Assembly (NCBI GenBank): GCA_037133055.1
Contig: JBAXOY010000064.1
Span: 1-17,235 of the forward strand
Source of the DNA: Chlamydiota bacterium
GTDB taxonomy: Bacteria > Auribacterota > Tritonobacteria > UBA1439
Length of the DNA stretch: 17,235 nucleotides
Reading direction: 5' to 3'
Shown here piece after piece: positions 17,073 to 17,235 of this stretch. Under the pieces are notes generated by a model that saw only the letters and a program-made list of their open reading frames with translations, did no database searches and was not told where the DNA came from. The position numbers and the translations under genes are program-made. Positions within the stretch are counted from its first letter, which is position 1. Each line of letters opens with the position of its first letter.

Positions 17073-17235
17073 ATGGTCAAGGCCATACTGGATAACCGGG
17101 AAATCGAGGTCGAGGAAGGGACGACCGTGCTCGAGGCCGCGCGGAGGATGGGGATCGAGATCCCGACCCTGTGCGACCACCCGGCGATCGAGCCGTACGG
17201 CGGGGCGGCGACGGGCATCGGGGGCGTCATTCGCG
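17073..17235 (+). CDS. Partial HydA/NuoG-like N-terminal [2Fe-2S] subunit (BfuA-like); sequence after ~17204 looks like purL
   Basis: My translation: MVKAILDNREIEVEEGTTVLEAARRMGIEIPTLCDHPAIEPYGG|AATGIGGVIR. Confidence 0.8.
   Translation, partial: MVKAILDNREIEVEEGTTVLEAARRMGIEIPTLCDHPAIEPYGGAATGIGGVIR

Noticed and set aside
15149..17230. 693-aa minus-strand ORF
   Set aside because: Antisense shadow of the HydB-like gene.

Overview
High-GC bacterial window, probably from an anaerobe, with four blocks. (1) A minus-strand oxidative-stress/iron/thiol-redox cluster, <1-5609: PerR/Fur-like regulator, desulfoferrodoxin (superoxide reductase), rubrerythrin-like diiron protein, ferritin, thioredoxin, CcdA, TlpA and a YyaL/DUF255 protein that runs off the left edge and is missing from the ORF track. 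It has a TTGACA-17-TATATT promoter and two Fur/Per-like boxes. (2) An AraC-GyrI regulator, 5757-6695, whose linker DNA appears to hide an operator, promoter and RBS for separate expression of the GyrI-like domain. (3) A lower-GC HUH/Y1 (RAYT-like) transposase gene bounded by 24-bp terminal inverted repeats, 6820-7886, sitting in the last codons of a stand-alone metacaspase. (4) A plus-strand anaerobic C1/energy block: pta, core (MesB-like) methionine synthase, cooC, cooS (Ni-CODH), cooF and HydC/HydB(NuoE/F)-like subunits, a candidate electron-bifurcating CODH complex. The last partial ORF switches from a HydA/NuoG-like N-terminus into a PurL motif, which suggests a chimeric junction. All assignments come from motif recognition by eye; no searches were run.
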